A DNA stretch of 58,653 nucleotides from the IMG/VR virus record IMGVR_UViG_3300006217_000050. One strand, 5' to 3'. Below are positions 26,801-34,919 of the stretch, in pieces; the first letter of the stretch is position 1, and every line of letters starts with the position of its first letter. The notes below the pieces were generated by a model. That model saw nothing but the letters and a program-made list of their open reading frames with translations. It was not told the DNA's origin and made no database searches. This DNA comes from a virus. Both the position numbers and the translations under genes were made by a program.

Positions 26801-27155
26801 TTCCTGTTGTTTTTGCAAAAGCGGCTATCTTTGTAAAACTGGCTTTCATTCGCTGTTCTGTAATTCCAGTTTGTTTAGCTATCCTTGATAAACTTTCACT
26901 TGCTTGCTGTTCCAAATTTCCGAATACTTGAGAAAACTGTGATTCAACAGCTTCCAAATCTGACGCAGCCTCAAGCGCTTCTTTTCCAAACTGAATAAGT
27001 TGCCCGACAGCAAACGCAGATGCAACAATCGCCGCACATTTTTTTGCTAGTCCCGCGATCCTCTCCAAAGACTTCCTTATATCCGATTCACCGCGCTGCA
27101 TACCCTTTGTATTAATTCTGGTTAGTATCCTGATTGCGCCGTCATACCGTGCCAC
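23871..27155 (-). CDS. Tape measure protein
   Basis: About 1094 aa, Ala/Gly/Ile-rich helical and TM-like repeats. GTG 27155 preceded by GGAGGTGAG. The ORF track extends it to 27218. Confidence 0.85.
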   Translation of the reverse strand: MARYDGAIRILTRINTKGMQRGESDIRKSLERIAGLAKKCAAIVASAFAVGQLIQFGKEALEAASDLEAVESQFSQVFGNLEQQASESLSRIAKQTGITEQRMKASFTKIAAFAKTTGMDTEGALELADRAMVAVADSAAFYDRSLEETTESLQSFLKGNYENDAALGLSATEFTRNAAANKLYGKSFIELSEAQKQLTLLQMVEDANRLSGALGQASRESDTWVNQIGNLNQAWTTLKANLGRFILPAAVQAVKAITSVINAINALLARLFAVTGALRSFSELITGKKSQGGGSPGMSQKEGESIGAGYDTAAAGAENLASANEDAAQAAKEAGKAAKGQLSTLDKLNNLSSGAANKADSEGVDGAGFPEIPEIDYGTLEEGETIIDRLSGALAEIWNVFRQAWEKNGQSVVNSAKSALESLLKAAKSVGKTFYEVFTGGAGLAWVNSLLGQLRSILDTVHVIADAFSTAWNSGAGYENVTALFNMLTNLNILQTSIGDSFNRVFSNGIGVSIWTNILGIVTGVYNIIGNLAASLTEAWNTAGIGDSIWEGILGIANTVLETIHSIADSTAEWAEKLDFTPLLQSIDGLLKAIQPLAENIGGGLKWFWDNVLLPIAGWTIEDVVPAFLDMLSAAIGALNSVIEVLKPFGEWLWENFLQPLGEWSGGVIVSVIESIVGILTQLGNWISEHSEAIQKFITIVAPIAGVVLAIANAGTILSAAVSALSTAFALLTSPVTLIIAAIAALAAGFVYLYENSEAFRNFIDTVLTSVIEDVLAPAFNYLAETVLPMVISAFESLWNNVLVPLGEFVMSILQPIIENLSTILTFLWQNVIVPLAEFIGGVLSTVFENVVDIFINIVIPAINNMIKVFQFLWDNVFSPIVNFLRSTLMPVFSNVFDTIGEIIRNLKKYFEGLIDFIVGFFTRDWDKAWNGVAKILEGVAGVIKGIINGILGGIEWMANGVINGINTIIGALNGLHFEIPEWVPLLGGKSFGFNIGELSQISIPRLATGTVVPPNNEFLAVLGDNTREHEVVSPVSTIEEAVENVLRRNGGAGGVKELTVHVPVQINERVLFDIIKKLDLEQFKRTGVPTFQM

Positions 27156-27272
27156 TGTCTCACCTCCAGAAAATAAAAAAGGTGCCAGCAAACACGCATT
27201 ACACGCATTTACTGGCACCTCTTAGCCCTTACACTGCCCCACTCAGCAGTGTGCCGATGATTCAATTCCCAT

Positions 27273-27425
27273 TCAGTCTCTTGCTACCAATTCCCTTTCG
27301 ATTTCCATGACGATGATTCTTCCATCTTTTCTGGCCTGAATCTCTACATCTTTCCCGGCGGAAAGTTTTTCCTCAATCGCCGCGATGTCTTCCAGCGATA
27401 ACTTGTATTTCTTTTCCATCTCCAT
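27273..27425 (-). CDS. 50-aa protein, paralog of 29452..29604
   Basis: ATG 27425 preceded by GGAGGA. MEMEKKYKLSLEDIAAIEEKLSAGKDVEIQARKDGRIIVMEIERELVARD. Confidence 0.55.
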   Translation of the reverse strand: MEMEKKYKLSLEDIAAIEEKLSAGKDVEIQARKDGRIIVMEIERELVARD

Positions 27426-27445
27426 ATCCTCCAACCTTTTCTTTT

Positions 27446-27479
27446 ATTGTAACATTGTTTACGAAGGTATTTGTACCAA
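27446..27479 (-). promoter_or_regulatory. Promoter-like element P6 (TTGGTACAA-N19-TACAAT)
   Basis: Minus strand, upstream of the 50-aa gene and the TMP. Confidence 0.55.
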
Positions 27480-27517
27480 GTTAAAAGGGACAGCACTATA
27501 CCGCCCCTTTACCATAT

Positions 27518-28129
27518 TCATGCACTCTCTTTGATCATATCCGCTATGCTCAGCTGCTCAAACTCTGGCTTATTCACAAAATCATCTGTCAGCTCCACTC
27601 CAAATTGCTCTGACACCTTTTTGAAGTTTTCCGCGATCCTGTACGGCGCAAGATTCTCTCTGTGGGCAACCCTGTCCATGGCCTTAAGATAGCTTGCCAA
27701 CTCTCCTAAGGGGATTTCTGCCGAATTGCATATCTGATTGGGCATATTACCCTTTTTCGGGAGAAAAGCTGCCGCCAAAACATCTTTCGCTTTAAGCTGA
27801 TACTGTAAGAGCTTGTCGGCAAGTTCAGGGTGGTCTTTCTCCATTTCATCTGTTATGGATATTTTGGCAAGCCATAACGGAATGAAATCAATTTTCAACG
27901 CAACTGATTCATTGCTTTGGTCAAATACACCTGCGCCGAATTTGGCGCACCCCTTTTTTAATGCCCTGTCTTTCTGTACATTTCTTACTTGCCTGTCCCT
28001 CTGTCCCTTGCTCATACCCAGGGCATTGCAGAAATAGTTTACCCCCGCCCAGATGTTACCGTCCTTGTCCTTTGCTGCCATTACGCTGTCGCCAAACAAA
28101 TCAACGCTCTTTACAACTAAATCGTCCAT
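27518..28129 (-). CDS. Antirepressor-like protein: P22_AR_N-like N-domain plus shared C-terminal tail, inserted in the tail module
   Basis: MDDLVVKSVDLFGDSVMAAKDKDGNIWAGVNYFCNALG...LWLAKISIT. C-terminus ...EQFGVELTDDFVNKPEFEQLSIADM. Confidence 0.7.
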   Translation of the reverse strand: MDDLVVKSVDLFGDSVMAAKDKDGNIWAGVNYFCNALGMSKGQRDRQVRNVQKDRALKKGCAKFGAGVFDQSNESVALKIDFIPLWLAKISITDEMEKDHPELADKLLQYQLKAKDVLAAAFLPKKGNMPNQICNSAEIPLGELASYLKAMDRVAHRENLAPYRIAENFKKVSEQFGVELTDDFVNKPEFEQLSIADMIKESA

Positions 28130-28227
28130 AAAGTTTACCTCTACTTTCTATCAATAGTAGAGGGTGGCAGGAGCATACCCTACCATGCGTTACCCTCTAT
28201 GAACTGGCATTTCGCCCTTACACTTCA

Positions 28228-28261
28228 ATGGTATCATGGTTTCGGACAACATTTGTACCAA
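28228..28261 (-). promoter_or_regulatory. Promoter-like element P7 (TTGGTACAA-N19-TACCAT, TG at the extended -10 position)
   Basis: Minus strand, about 100 nt upstream of the 28129 start. Confidence 0.55.
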
Positions 28262-28294
28262 ATTAAAAGAGCAGTATTTCTACTGCCCGAACTC

Positions 28295-28321
28295 AAAAAA
28301 GGCACAGCCTTAAGCCATGCC
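28295..28321 (-). terminator. Rho-independent terminator inside the tail gene block
   Basis: Minus strand reads GGCATGGC-ttaag-GCTGTGCC followed by TTTTTT. Confidence 0.6.
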
Positions 28322-28331
28322 CCCGCAGTCA

Positions 28332-28468
28332 ACCGGAATTGAACCGATGTCTCGTCTATTGACGTGTTCTGCCCGCCTAAACTATTTTCTGCTGACAAAA
28401 AGTGCCCGGATTTGAACCGGGGTTCCTGCGCTGATAACGCTGCTTCTTCCTCGTGAGCTACTTCTTTT
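28332..28468 (-). pseudogene. Two tRNA-like relics (good T-arms, poor acceptor/anticodon pairing)
   Basis: Minus-strand T-arms are ATCGGTTCAATTCCGGT (28332..28348) and CCCGGTTCAAATCCGGG (28405..28421). I could not fold canonical cloverleaves. Confidence 0.35.
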
Positions 28469-28856
28469 TGTTTAAGTGATTATACCACAATTTCTCAATC
28501 CTCTCAACCATTTTCTTTTCTTCGGTAGTAAGATTTGATGCTCCTTTAGGACCGTCATTTTCAAAGTGTATATAACCATGATGAGTATGCGGCTTCATCT
28601 TTTTGTGTGGGTGATCTAAATCAACAGACTTTACTCGTTTATTGTTAGAATCAAAATACATTACTGATAACAAGTCTTTTCCACCAACTGTAACATATAC
28701 CCTTCCGGGAGTCATTGTTTCCATGAGTGTTTCTGATGTGCGATCAGTTTTGGTAACAAATTTTATATTTCCGTTTTGCAGAATTGTATTATATTCACTT
28801 CCGTACTTCTTCCCCTTGTTGGATATACCCGAACTGGCCCCTCTTCCTCCCATCAC
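28458..28856 (-). CDS. hypothetical protein, possibly a MuF-C-terminal-like domain
   Basis: 132 aa. Begins MMGGRGASSG, with a His-rich HPHKKMKPHTHHGY. AT-rich. Confidence 0.5.
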   Translation of the reverse strand: MMGGRGASSGISNKGKKYGSEYNTILQNGNIKFVTKTDRTSETLMETMTPGRVYVTVGGKDLLSVMYFDSNNKRVKSVDLDHPHKKMKPHTHHGYIHFENDGPKGASNLTTEEKKMVERIEKLWYNHLNKKK

Positions 28857-29477
28857 TCACACTTCTTTCTTAAATCGCCTATGAAACGGCGGTATCTGCA
28901 CTATGTTCCCCTGACATTCCTCTGGAACCTTCCCATAAAAGAGAATCATTTCTGGATGTAGCCTGGACAGCATTTTATCGTATCCTGCCAGAAACAGCTC
29001 TTTCTTCGCCCTGCTGTTCGCCGCTCCAACAGAAGATACCGCCACAACCCCACCCTCAGGCTCCCCGTCAAAACACCATTCAAAACTGTCCGGTGTGCTC
29101 CATGAGATAGTTGGTATCACATTCACACCGTTTTCCTGCAGATATGCGCCTACCCAGTGCTTGCGGTAGTGGTTGTATATCTGAATGGCTTTGGGGAAGT
29201 CAGTGTATGTAGAGAAGTCCGGGGACATGACATGGCTGAACTGCCGAAACATGTCAAGGTACTTATCTGGAGTCTGCCAGACGGAATTGAACTGGTAATC
29301 ATCAAGGAAGAAATGCACACCCTTACCAGCTCTGTCCTTTTCACTTCTGGCATAGTTGAAACCTATCCATTCGCAATCCCTATACTGCGTCGGCCGTATC
29401 TGCGGTATGTCATATTCCCCGACACCTTCAAATATACGCTTCTGGAGGTTTTCATACCCCCTTGTCTGCCGGTACAT
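28857..29477 (-). CDS. DUF4417-like protein
   Basis: 206 aa. GVHFFLDDYQFNSVW ... VMSPDFSTYTDFP ... YRKHWVGAYLQENGVNVIPT fits my recollection of DUF4417. Confidence 0.55.
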   Translation of the reverse strand: MYRQTRGYENLQKRIFEGVGEYDIPQIRPTQYRDCEWIGFNYARSEKDRAGKGVHFFLDDYQFNSVWQTPDKYLDMFRQFSHVMSPDFSTYTDFPKAIQIYNHYRKHWVGAYLQENGVNVIPTISWSTPDSFEWCFDGEPEGGVVAVSSVGAANSRAKKELFLAGYDKMLSRLHPEMILFYGKVPEECQGNIVQIPPFHRRFKKEV

Positions 29478-29604
29478 TTTCTTTCCTCACAATCTTCTTT
29501 CCAACTTCCAGAATTACAATCCCATCCTTGTTTCGCTTGACCTCCGCCGTATTGCCCCGCTCTGCAATTTCCCGGGCTGTTTTACCAATCTCTTTGTCTG
29601 TCAT
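29452..29604 (-). CDS. 50-aa protein, paralog of 27273..27425
   Basis: ATGA overlap with the upstream stop. MTDKEIGKTAREIAERGNTAEVKRNKDGIVILEVGKKIVRKENVPADKGV. Confidence 0.55.
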   Translation of the reverse strand: MTDKEIGKTAREIAERGNTAEVKRNKDGIVILEVGKKIVRKENVPADKGV

Positions 29605-30194
29605 CCCAACACCTCATCTAACAGCGCTTTATATTCTGCTTCCTGTTCCTGCTCTTCCCTGGTTCTGGGCTTCTCCAGCCGGATAAGCTCCTTGTTTTGT
29701 GATAAGAACTCTTTCTCATGCTTTTCCAGCTTCTTCCCTTTGTTAAGCTTATGCCGGATACCTACAACAAAGGAAAAAGTGCCTTCTCCCACTTCGTTGA
29801 AATATCCCAGGAACGTCCACCAGTGCAGGTACTCAAGCTCCCTGATCTCTCTCCCGGCTACTTTGTTTACGGCAGAAAAAATCATCTGCTCATCTTTTAT
29901 CCAACTATATGTGGGTTTTCCCTGCTCCTCTTTTTCTGGACTGCCGGCAGAGATAAACCAGGATATCTGCCGGACAGCTTCACCCACATTAAAGCCGGTG
30001 GCCACTGCCTCCAGTACATCATCATCACCGGAGAAATCTTCAAACAGCAGATATATAGCCACGATCCACTTTTCCTCCTGGGTCAGTTCCGGGTCCTGGA
30101 ACGCCTCAAACACCTGAAGAACATTGCGGTAATCCGTGCGGACAAGATATTCTTTCCCATTTACCAGGAGCACTTCTGGCAGGGTACCTATCAT
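29601..30194 (-). CDS. Gp15-family tail-assembly-associated protein
   Basis: 197 aa. LVNGKEYLVRTDYRNVLQVFEAFQDPELTQEEKWIVAIYLLFEDF resembles the phage Gp15 family. Position is before the TMP. Confidence 0.6.
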   Translation of the reverse strand: MIGTLPEVLLVNGKEYLVRTDYRNVLQVFEAFQDPELTQEEKWIVAIYLLFEDFSGDDDVLEAVATGFNVGEAVRQISWFISAGSPEKEEQGKPTYSWIKDEQMIFSAVNKVAGREIRELEYLHWWTFLGYFNEVGEGTFSFVVGIRHKLNKGKKLEKHEKEFLSQNKELIRLEKPRTREEQEQEAEYKALLDEVLG

Positions 30195-30706
30195 ACCCTG
30201 CCACCTTTTTTCTTGTGATCCTGCGGCTTATACTTACTCATACGGGCCTTACTGGCCTGCCGCTGCCGCTCAACCTTGCGTTTGAACAGCTCCTCCATGA
30301 CCGGGATGATCTGCTCAAAGAAGTCCAGAATTCCATCTGCATCCGGCAGGAAATCTGGGATTTCTGCATACTCGTCTCGGAAATACTTTCTGACCGTGTC
30401 AGGGCCAAAAAGACTGTCAATCGTCTGCACGGCCTCAGTAGAAAACTTTACATTTTCACATGACATTTCCTGTGTCTTTTCCATGACCGCGGCAAAATCA
30501 TCTCGTTCCTCATATTTCTTTTCGATTTGGTCCAGGGCTGCATGGATTTTTTCTGCCAAGTCTGTTATGTACTTAAATCCGGATACAAACTTGTCGAACA
30601 GTGATGTATTATCGGCAGAAACCACTATATACTCGCCCTGCTCATTGAGCTCGATCTTCAGCAACCCGGATGCACGTCCTTCAATCTTTACGTTTTCCAT
30701 ATCCAT
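30191..30706 (-). CDS. Tail assembly chaperone-like protein
   Basis: 171 aa, acidic, between the major tail and Gp15-like genes. Confidence 0.5.
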   Translation of the reverse strand: MDMENVKIEGRASGLLKIELNEQGEYIVVSADNTSLFDKFVSGFKYITDLAEKIHAALDQIEKKYEERDDFAAVMEKTQEMSCENVKFSTEAVQTIDSLFGPDTVRKYFRDEYAEIPDFLPDADGILDFFEQIIPVMEELFKRKVERQRQASKARMSKYKPQDHKKKGGRV

Positions 30707-30747
30707 ATCCTTTCATGGCCAGAGATTTCTCCCTGGCCGTTTTTGTG

Positions 30748-31320
30748 TCAATCGCTCAAACTTTTTCCCGTGTCTTCAGGCGCCTGCAGCTTAGATGCCT
30801 GGGAACGCATAAATGTAGTGGATTCTTCCGCAGCCTTAGGTGTAAACGTGGGCTTGCGGTCCGCCACAGATACAGTGCCCTGGATCCGGTTTCCAGATTC
30901 ATATGCAGTGAAGGAAATTCCATATCCGGAGGTGTCTCGTCCATCGGTATCTACTACAATCCTGGCGGGAACCTTAAACCCTTTTCCGGTTAGAGTCTTA
31001 GTATCAGAATCCTTAACCTCCTCTGTCAGAGTTGCGACAAGCAAAGTTGCCGTGATCAGCTCATCATCCACAAGCAGACCGTTGGCAATGTCCTGCAGTG
31101 GCTCATAGATGGAATCCTCGGTCCTGGCTACATAATCCATGGCAATCGACGGTGTATATCCGTTATGGCTGAATGTGGTCTCCCCCAGGACGTTCTTGGT
31201 CTGTTCCGTGTCGGGATTGGTCTCGATGGACAGATCATCAGAATCTTTTCCCAACAGGGTGAAGTTCTCATCATCAAAGGATAGCCACATTGCCCTGCAG
31301 CCCCTCAAAATCTTTCCCAT
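30748..31320 (-). CDS. Major tail protein
   Basis: 190 aa, beta-rich, in the canonical position. Confidence 0.65.
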   Translation of the reverse strand: MGKILRGCRAMWLSFDDENFTLLGKDSDDLSIETNPDTEQTKNVLGETTFSHNGYTPSIAMDYVARTEDSIYEPLQDIANGLLVDDELITATLLVATLTEEVKDSDTKTLTGKGFKVPARIVVDTDGRDTSGYGISFTAYESGNRIQGTVSVADRKPTFTPKAAEESTTFMRSQASKLQAPEDTGKSLSD

Positions 31321-31386
31321 AATAATCCTTTCTACCCCACAATTTTTTGGGGTCAGCGACCCTCTCAGTTGCAGGCCGGTTAATGC

Positions 31387-31848
31387 TTAATCTGATTCAT
31401 ATTCCAGCACTGCATCCGCAGCATACACAGTGCTTTTGTCTGCCCCAGTCTCATCCTTGTATGGGAGCACACTGGAGGATGTGATCCTGGTGATGGTTCT
31501 GCCACCGGTAAGCTTCGGCCAGTTTTTAATCTCCTCCAGCCACGTCATAATCCTGCCCACGTAAGCCTGCGCATCAATACGCTGCGGGGAGGTCTTGGGA
31601 TTGCTCTTATAGGCCACGCGAAACCCGATCTCTGCGGTAAATCCCCCCAGGACATTATGGCTCTTATATCTGCCGCTCGGCAGCGTAAATACCGCCAGGG
31701 AGCTGTCCGCGCCCAGAGCGTCATACTGGGCTGTCACGTCCGGGTCGCCCGGCTCGCTCGGATACTGCTTCACCAGCTCCCACAAGGCTTTTTCGATAAT
31801 GTCATATTCTGTTGCGCTTAATGGTTCGATTTTTGTTTGTTCGGGCAT
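31387..31848 (-). CDS. Tail terminator / head-tail joining protein
   Basis: 153 aa, immediately upstream of the major tail gene. Confidence 0.5.
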   Translation of the reverse strand: MPEQTKIEPLSATEYDIIEKALWELVKQYPSEPGDPDVTAQYDALGADSSLAVFTLPSGRYKSHNVLGGFTAEIGFRVAYKSNPKTSPQRIDAQAYVGRIMTWLEEIKNWPKLTGGRTITRITSSSVLPYKDETGADKSTVYAADAVLEYESD

Positions 31849-31851
31849 AGG

Positions 31852-32169
31852 CTACCTCACAATCAAATAAAGGATAAACGCTGTCACATAATGCAGAATT
31901 TGGTCTTGTGTATATGTGATTTTGTTCCATCTCGCCTTTAACGGGTCAATAATGATATGGCTGGCAAAAAGAACAGCCAACTGCCAATTAAACCCAAAGC
32001 ACAGATAAAAAGGCAGAATGTACAATGCGCAATGCACAAACAAGTGATACCAATTCTTCCCTTTTGTCTGTGCGATAAAATCACACTGCAAAACATAATC
32101 CCCCACTAAATGACATAGGATTATTTTAATTAAAATCTCAATCACTCTCTTTTTTCCCTCCAATCTCAA
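31852..32169 (-). CDS. DUF3307-like integral membrane protein (accessory gene inside the head-tail module)
   Basis: HLVGDYVLQ motif, 3-4 hydrophobic helices, AT-rich relative to its neighbours. Confidence 0.55.
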   Translation of the reverse strand: MRLEGKKRVIEILIKIILCHLVGDYVLQCDFIAQTKGKNWYHLFVHCALYILPFYLCFGFNWQLAVLFASHIIIDPLKARWNKITYTQDQILHYVTAFILYLIVR

Positions 32170-32194
32170 CCCTCGGTATCAGCGCGAAAGCGGA

Positions 32195-32446
32195 TTACTC
32201 ACCCAAATCCACGCCTTCCATGACTGCTCTTGCCTCCAGCACAGCGATATAGTCGGTCATTGCACGCACCTGCATATTGTATGTACTTCTCGGGCAGGTC
32301 GGTGTGAAATTCAGTTCGCCGTTGTCCCACTTCTGCAACATTGCCGCCAGCTTCTGATAGCGGATAACCACCTGCTGATACTCTGCCTTGAATCGCTCTT
32401 TGTAATCTGCGCTGTTCATCATTTCAACTGTTTCTTTTAATTCCAT
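32195..32446 (-). CDS. hypothetical small helical protein
   Basis: 83 aa. YKERFKAEYQQVVIRYQKLAAML pattern, seen in small phage proteins of unknown function. Confidence 0.5.
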   Translation of the reverse strand: MELKETVEMMNSADYKERFKAEYQQVVIRYQKLAAMLQKWDNGELNFTPTCPRSTYNMQVRAMTDYIAVLEARAVMEGVDLGE

Positions 32447-32450
32447 AGTC

Positions 32451-32915
32451 TTATTTTCCTCCTATTTCAAATCGTGGTATTAAGGTGTACACGTCCACCG
32501 TATCAACGCTGTACGCATACCCGTATTTGTTTTTCACATGCTCAAAGAATCCGCCGGGATAAACGTCACTGTCAATCATGCCCTCCGGCAAATCCACATC
32601 AATCCCCAAATCAGCCTTACCCACAATCACAAAGAAATCCTCGCCCTTATTCAGTGTGAAGTTTTCAACCATTTCCTCCGTGGTCAGCTTCACCCACACC
32701 GGCGGCGATTTGTAAGGCTTTGGCAGATTGGCATTCGGGATTTTCACCACGCACACACTGGCGTTTTCCATGCCGCTCGCTTTGATGTTTGCTCCCTGGG
32801 TAAGCTCCACCCGGACACCGTCAAAGCGGGTGCCGAAATAGAGCTCCTTTTCCCCGGCGATCATATTTAGGTAGCGGTTATAAACCACCACTGAATCCAC
32901 ATAGTTAATACCCAT
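32451..32915 (-). CDS. Head-tail joining / minor structural protein
   Basis: 154 aa, called by position. Confidence 0.5.
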   Translation of the reverse strand: MGINYVDSVVVYNRYLNMIAGEKELYFGTRFDGVRVELTQGANIKASGMENASVCVVKIPNANLPKPYKSPPVWVKLTTEEMVENFTLNKGEDFFVIVGKADLGIDVDLPEGMIDSDVYPGGFFEHVKNKYGYAYSVDTVDVYTLIPRFEIGGK

Positions 32916-32922
32916 GGCACTA

Positions 32923-33150
32923 TCACGTCTCTTCGATCTGACTCATGAGCTCCATGGCAACACGGTCAAACTCCACAAAGTCTCTTTCGCACTGCTCCTG
33001 GTTTTCCTGGTACACAGCCTTGTTGACGATGTTCTTATTTGACGAGTAATTTCCACTTATTCCAGAGGATGAGGAAGCACTCAAGAACGCCACATCCACT
33101 CCGTCAATCCTGCATACACCACTTACAGTCATAGAATTCAAACTTAACAT
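32923..33150 (-). CDS. hypothetical small structural-module protein
   Basis: 75-aa ORF. Confidence 0.45.
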   Translation of the reverse strand: MLSLNSMTVSGVCRIDGVDVAFLSASSSSGISGNYSSNKNIVNKAVYQENQEQCERDFVEFDRVAMELMSQIEET

Positions 33151-33162
33151 ATTTTTCTCCTT

Positions 33163-33666
33163 TTATTTCCATATCTCACGCCGTCTCGGGTACACCCCTG
33201 CATACAACAGATTAATGCCGTTTGCGTCCGGCACAAGTGAAAGATAATCTCTCACTGTGTCCCGGTACAGCTTATCCTGCGCCGCTTTATCTGCCAGAAC
33301 TGCATCTACCAAGGTACTGCCGCTTTCTGATTTTGAAGTGTATGATATAGACTCACTGCCGGAGGAAACAGAAGATATCACTTTCCCCCGGAGGTCTCCA
33401 GTGCCCGTATCCTTTTCATATCCCTGTGCTTCGGTGATCCGCCGGCTTGCCGCTTCAATCTGCCCGGCAATCTCAATCAGCTTGCAGACACACCGTTTGA
33501 CAGCTTCTACTGCGTCCGGGTCAGTTGGGTATGCGAATTTCAGCTTGTTCAGCGTGAGGGCATCTACCCTGCGGCAAGCCTCCCATGACAGCCGGTTAAA
33601 GTCGGTTTCCGGCATGGAATCCTCGCCGTATATGCTTTTGTAGTAGTCATAGGTTACGTATCCCAT
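33163..33666 (-). CDS. Head-tail connector (gp6-like) protein
   Basis: MGYVTYDYYKSIYGEDSMPETDFNRLSWEACRRVD is a typical connector N-terminus. Confidence 0.6.
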   Translation of the reverse strand: MGYVTYDYYKSIYGEDSMPETDFNRLSWEACRRVDALTLNKLKFAYPTDPDAVEAVKRCVCKLIEIAGQIEAASRRITEAQGYEKDTGTGDLRGKVISSVSSGSESISYTSKSESGSTLVDAVLADKAAQDKLYRDTVRDYLSLVPDANGINLLYAGVYPRRREIWK

Positions 33667-33680
33667 GCCGGTGTCCTCCT

Positions 33681-34004
33681 TTATGCCAGGCCTGATTTTC
33701 TCCCACGCTTCTTTTCTTCCTGGAAAATTTCCTGCTCCTCTCCGCTTTCCTGTTCTTCCCCGGGTTCCTCGATTCCGGAAGGAGAAGCCGCTTCCTGATA
33801 CTGGCGCAACTCTGCTTCCAGTTCAGTGATACGTTTGTTGGCGGCTTCCAGTTCGCTTTTCAGCGTGTGGTTGGACTTCACCCCCTGCTCCAGGACAGTG
33901 CCGTCATCTCCAATCACGCTGTATCCCTCTGCCAGATACTTTTCTTTTTCGATGGAGGGAATCAGACGTTCCCGATTCCCCCTTAAAACCCTGATCGTGT
34001 CCAT
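33681..34004 (-). CDS. hypothetical protein (possible head decoration/accessory)
   Basis: 107 aa with an acidic C-terminus, downstream of the MCP. Confidence 0.45.
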   Translation of the reverse strand: MDTIRVLRGNRERLIPSIEKEKYLAEGYSVIGDDGTVLEQGVKSNHTLKSELEAANKRITELEAELRQYQEAASPSGIEEPGEEQESGEEQEIFQEEKKRGRKSGLA

Positions 34005-34014
34005 ATGTACCTCC

Positions 34015-34914
34015 TTATGCCGCCGCTTCAGTTACATACTGCAGTCCATGGATACGCTTATTCAAAATGAATGCGTCACCATAGGATTCCTCAAAATACA
34101 CCCACTTGCCTTCCGTGGTCGCTCCAGGCGGGTCAAGCTTCACAAATTCGTACTTTTCCGGTGTAATTATGCAGGACGGGTGAGCAAGGAACATCTGTAT
34201 CTGCTTTGCGCTTGCCCCGACAGTGTATCCAGTGGAGAAATCATACACTGTTTTCATCAGTTCGCTCGGCACCTTCTCAATGGATACAGAATCAATGTTG
34301 GCAATCATCCTCGCAATCATGCCGTCATTGTTCGTGATCATCATCTGCCTGGCGATTCCCTCTGCAGATTTCAGAATCTTGTCAACCGCCGGCGTAACGT
34401 ACAGAAGCCGTCCGGTCGTCGGAACCCTGTTTTCATCCATATCCATCATCAGCGTGTCAAACACTTCTAGGATATTCTCCGTGGTCAGCGCCTGCTCCGT
34501 GACTGTGCCGCCTGCTTCAGTCCAGTCCGCATACAGTTTGGATACCAGATACGCATCCATCTCCGGGAACTTCTTTTCCTGGTTGAATGTCTCTGTGATA
34601 TTCGCGATGGACGCCACCTGGTTCGTTTCGTCGATGTCCAGGGGATGCACCAGGGTCTTCCACTTTCTGTGGAATTTCAGTTCTTTTGTCTCCCAGTCAT
34701 TGGAAAAATTCCTCTGAGTATCACCGATAGTGTCCCTATCAGCATCCGTCCGGCCAGTGGTGGACAGAATGGGAATCTTGATGGTCTTTGCGTCAACCCA
34801 TTTGTACCTACGGTCGTTCTCCGCACTTCTGAGGGCTGCAAAGTGCAGCACATAGGGATATGCGTTCGCAAGTTCCCGGCTGTACTCCACTGCATAGTTT
34901 AATGCTTCAGGCAT
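34015..34914 (-). CDS. Major capsid protein
   Basis: 299 aa, directly after the scaffold gene. Highly expressed-looking RBS. Confidence 0.75.
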   Translation of the reverse strand: MPEALNYAVEYSRELANAYPYVLHFAALRSAENDRRYKWVDAKTIKIPILSTTGRTDADRDTIGDTQRNFSNDWETKELKFHRKWKTLVHPLDIDETNQVASIANITETFNQEKKFPEMDAYLVSKLYADWTEAGGTVTEQALTTENILEVFDTLMMDMDENRVPTTGRLLYVTPAVDKILKSAEGIARQMMITNNDGMIARMIANIDSVSIEKVPSELMKTVYDFSTGYTVGASAKQIQMFLAHPSCIITPEKYEFVKLDPPGATTEGKWVYFEESYGDAFILNKRIHGLQYVTEAAA

Positions 34915-34919
34915 TTGTG

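Noticed and set aside
29601-30706. Programmed -1 frameshift between tail chaperone genes
   Set aside because: The two ORFs are joined by a simple ATGA stop/start overlap, and I found no slippery heptamer or extended overlapping frame.
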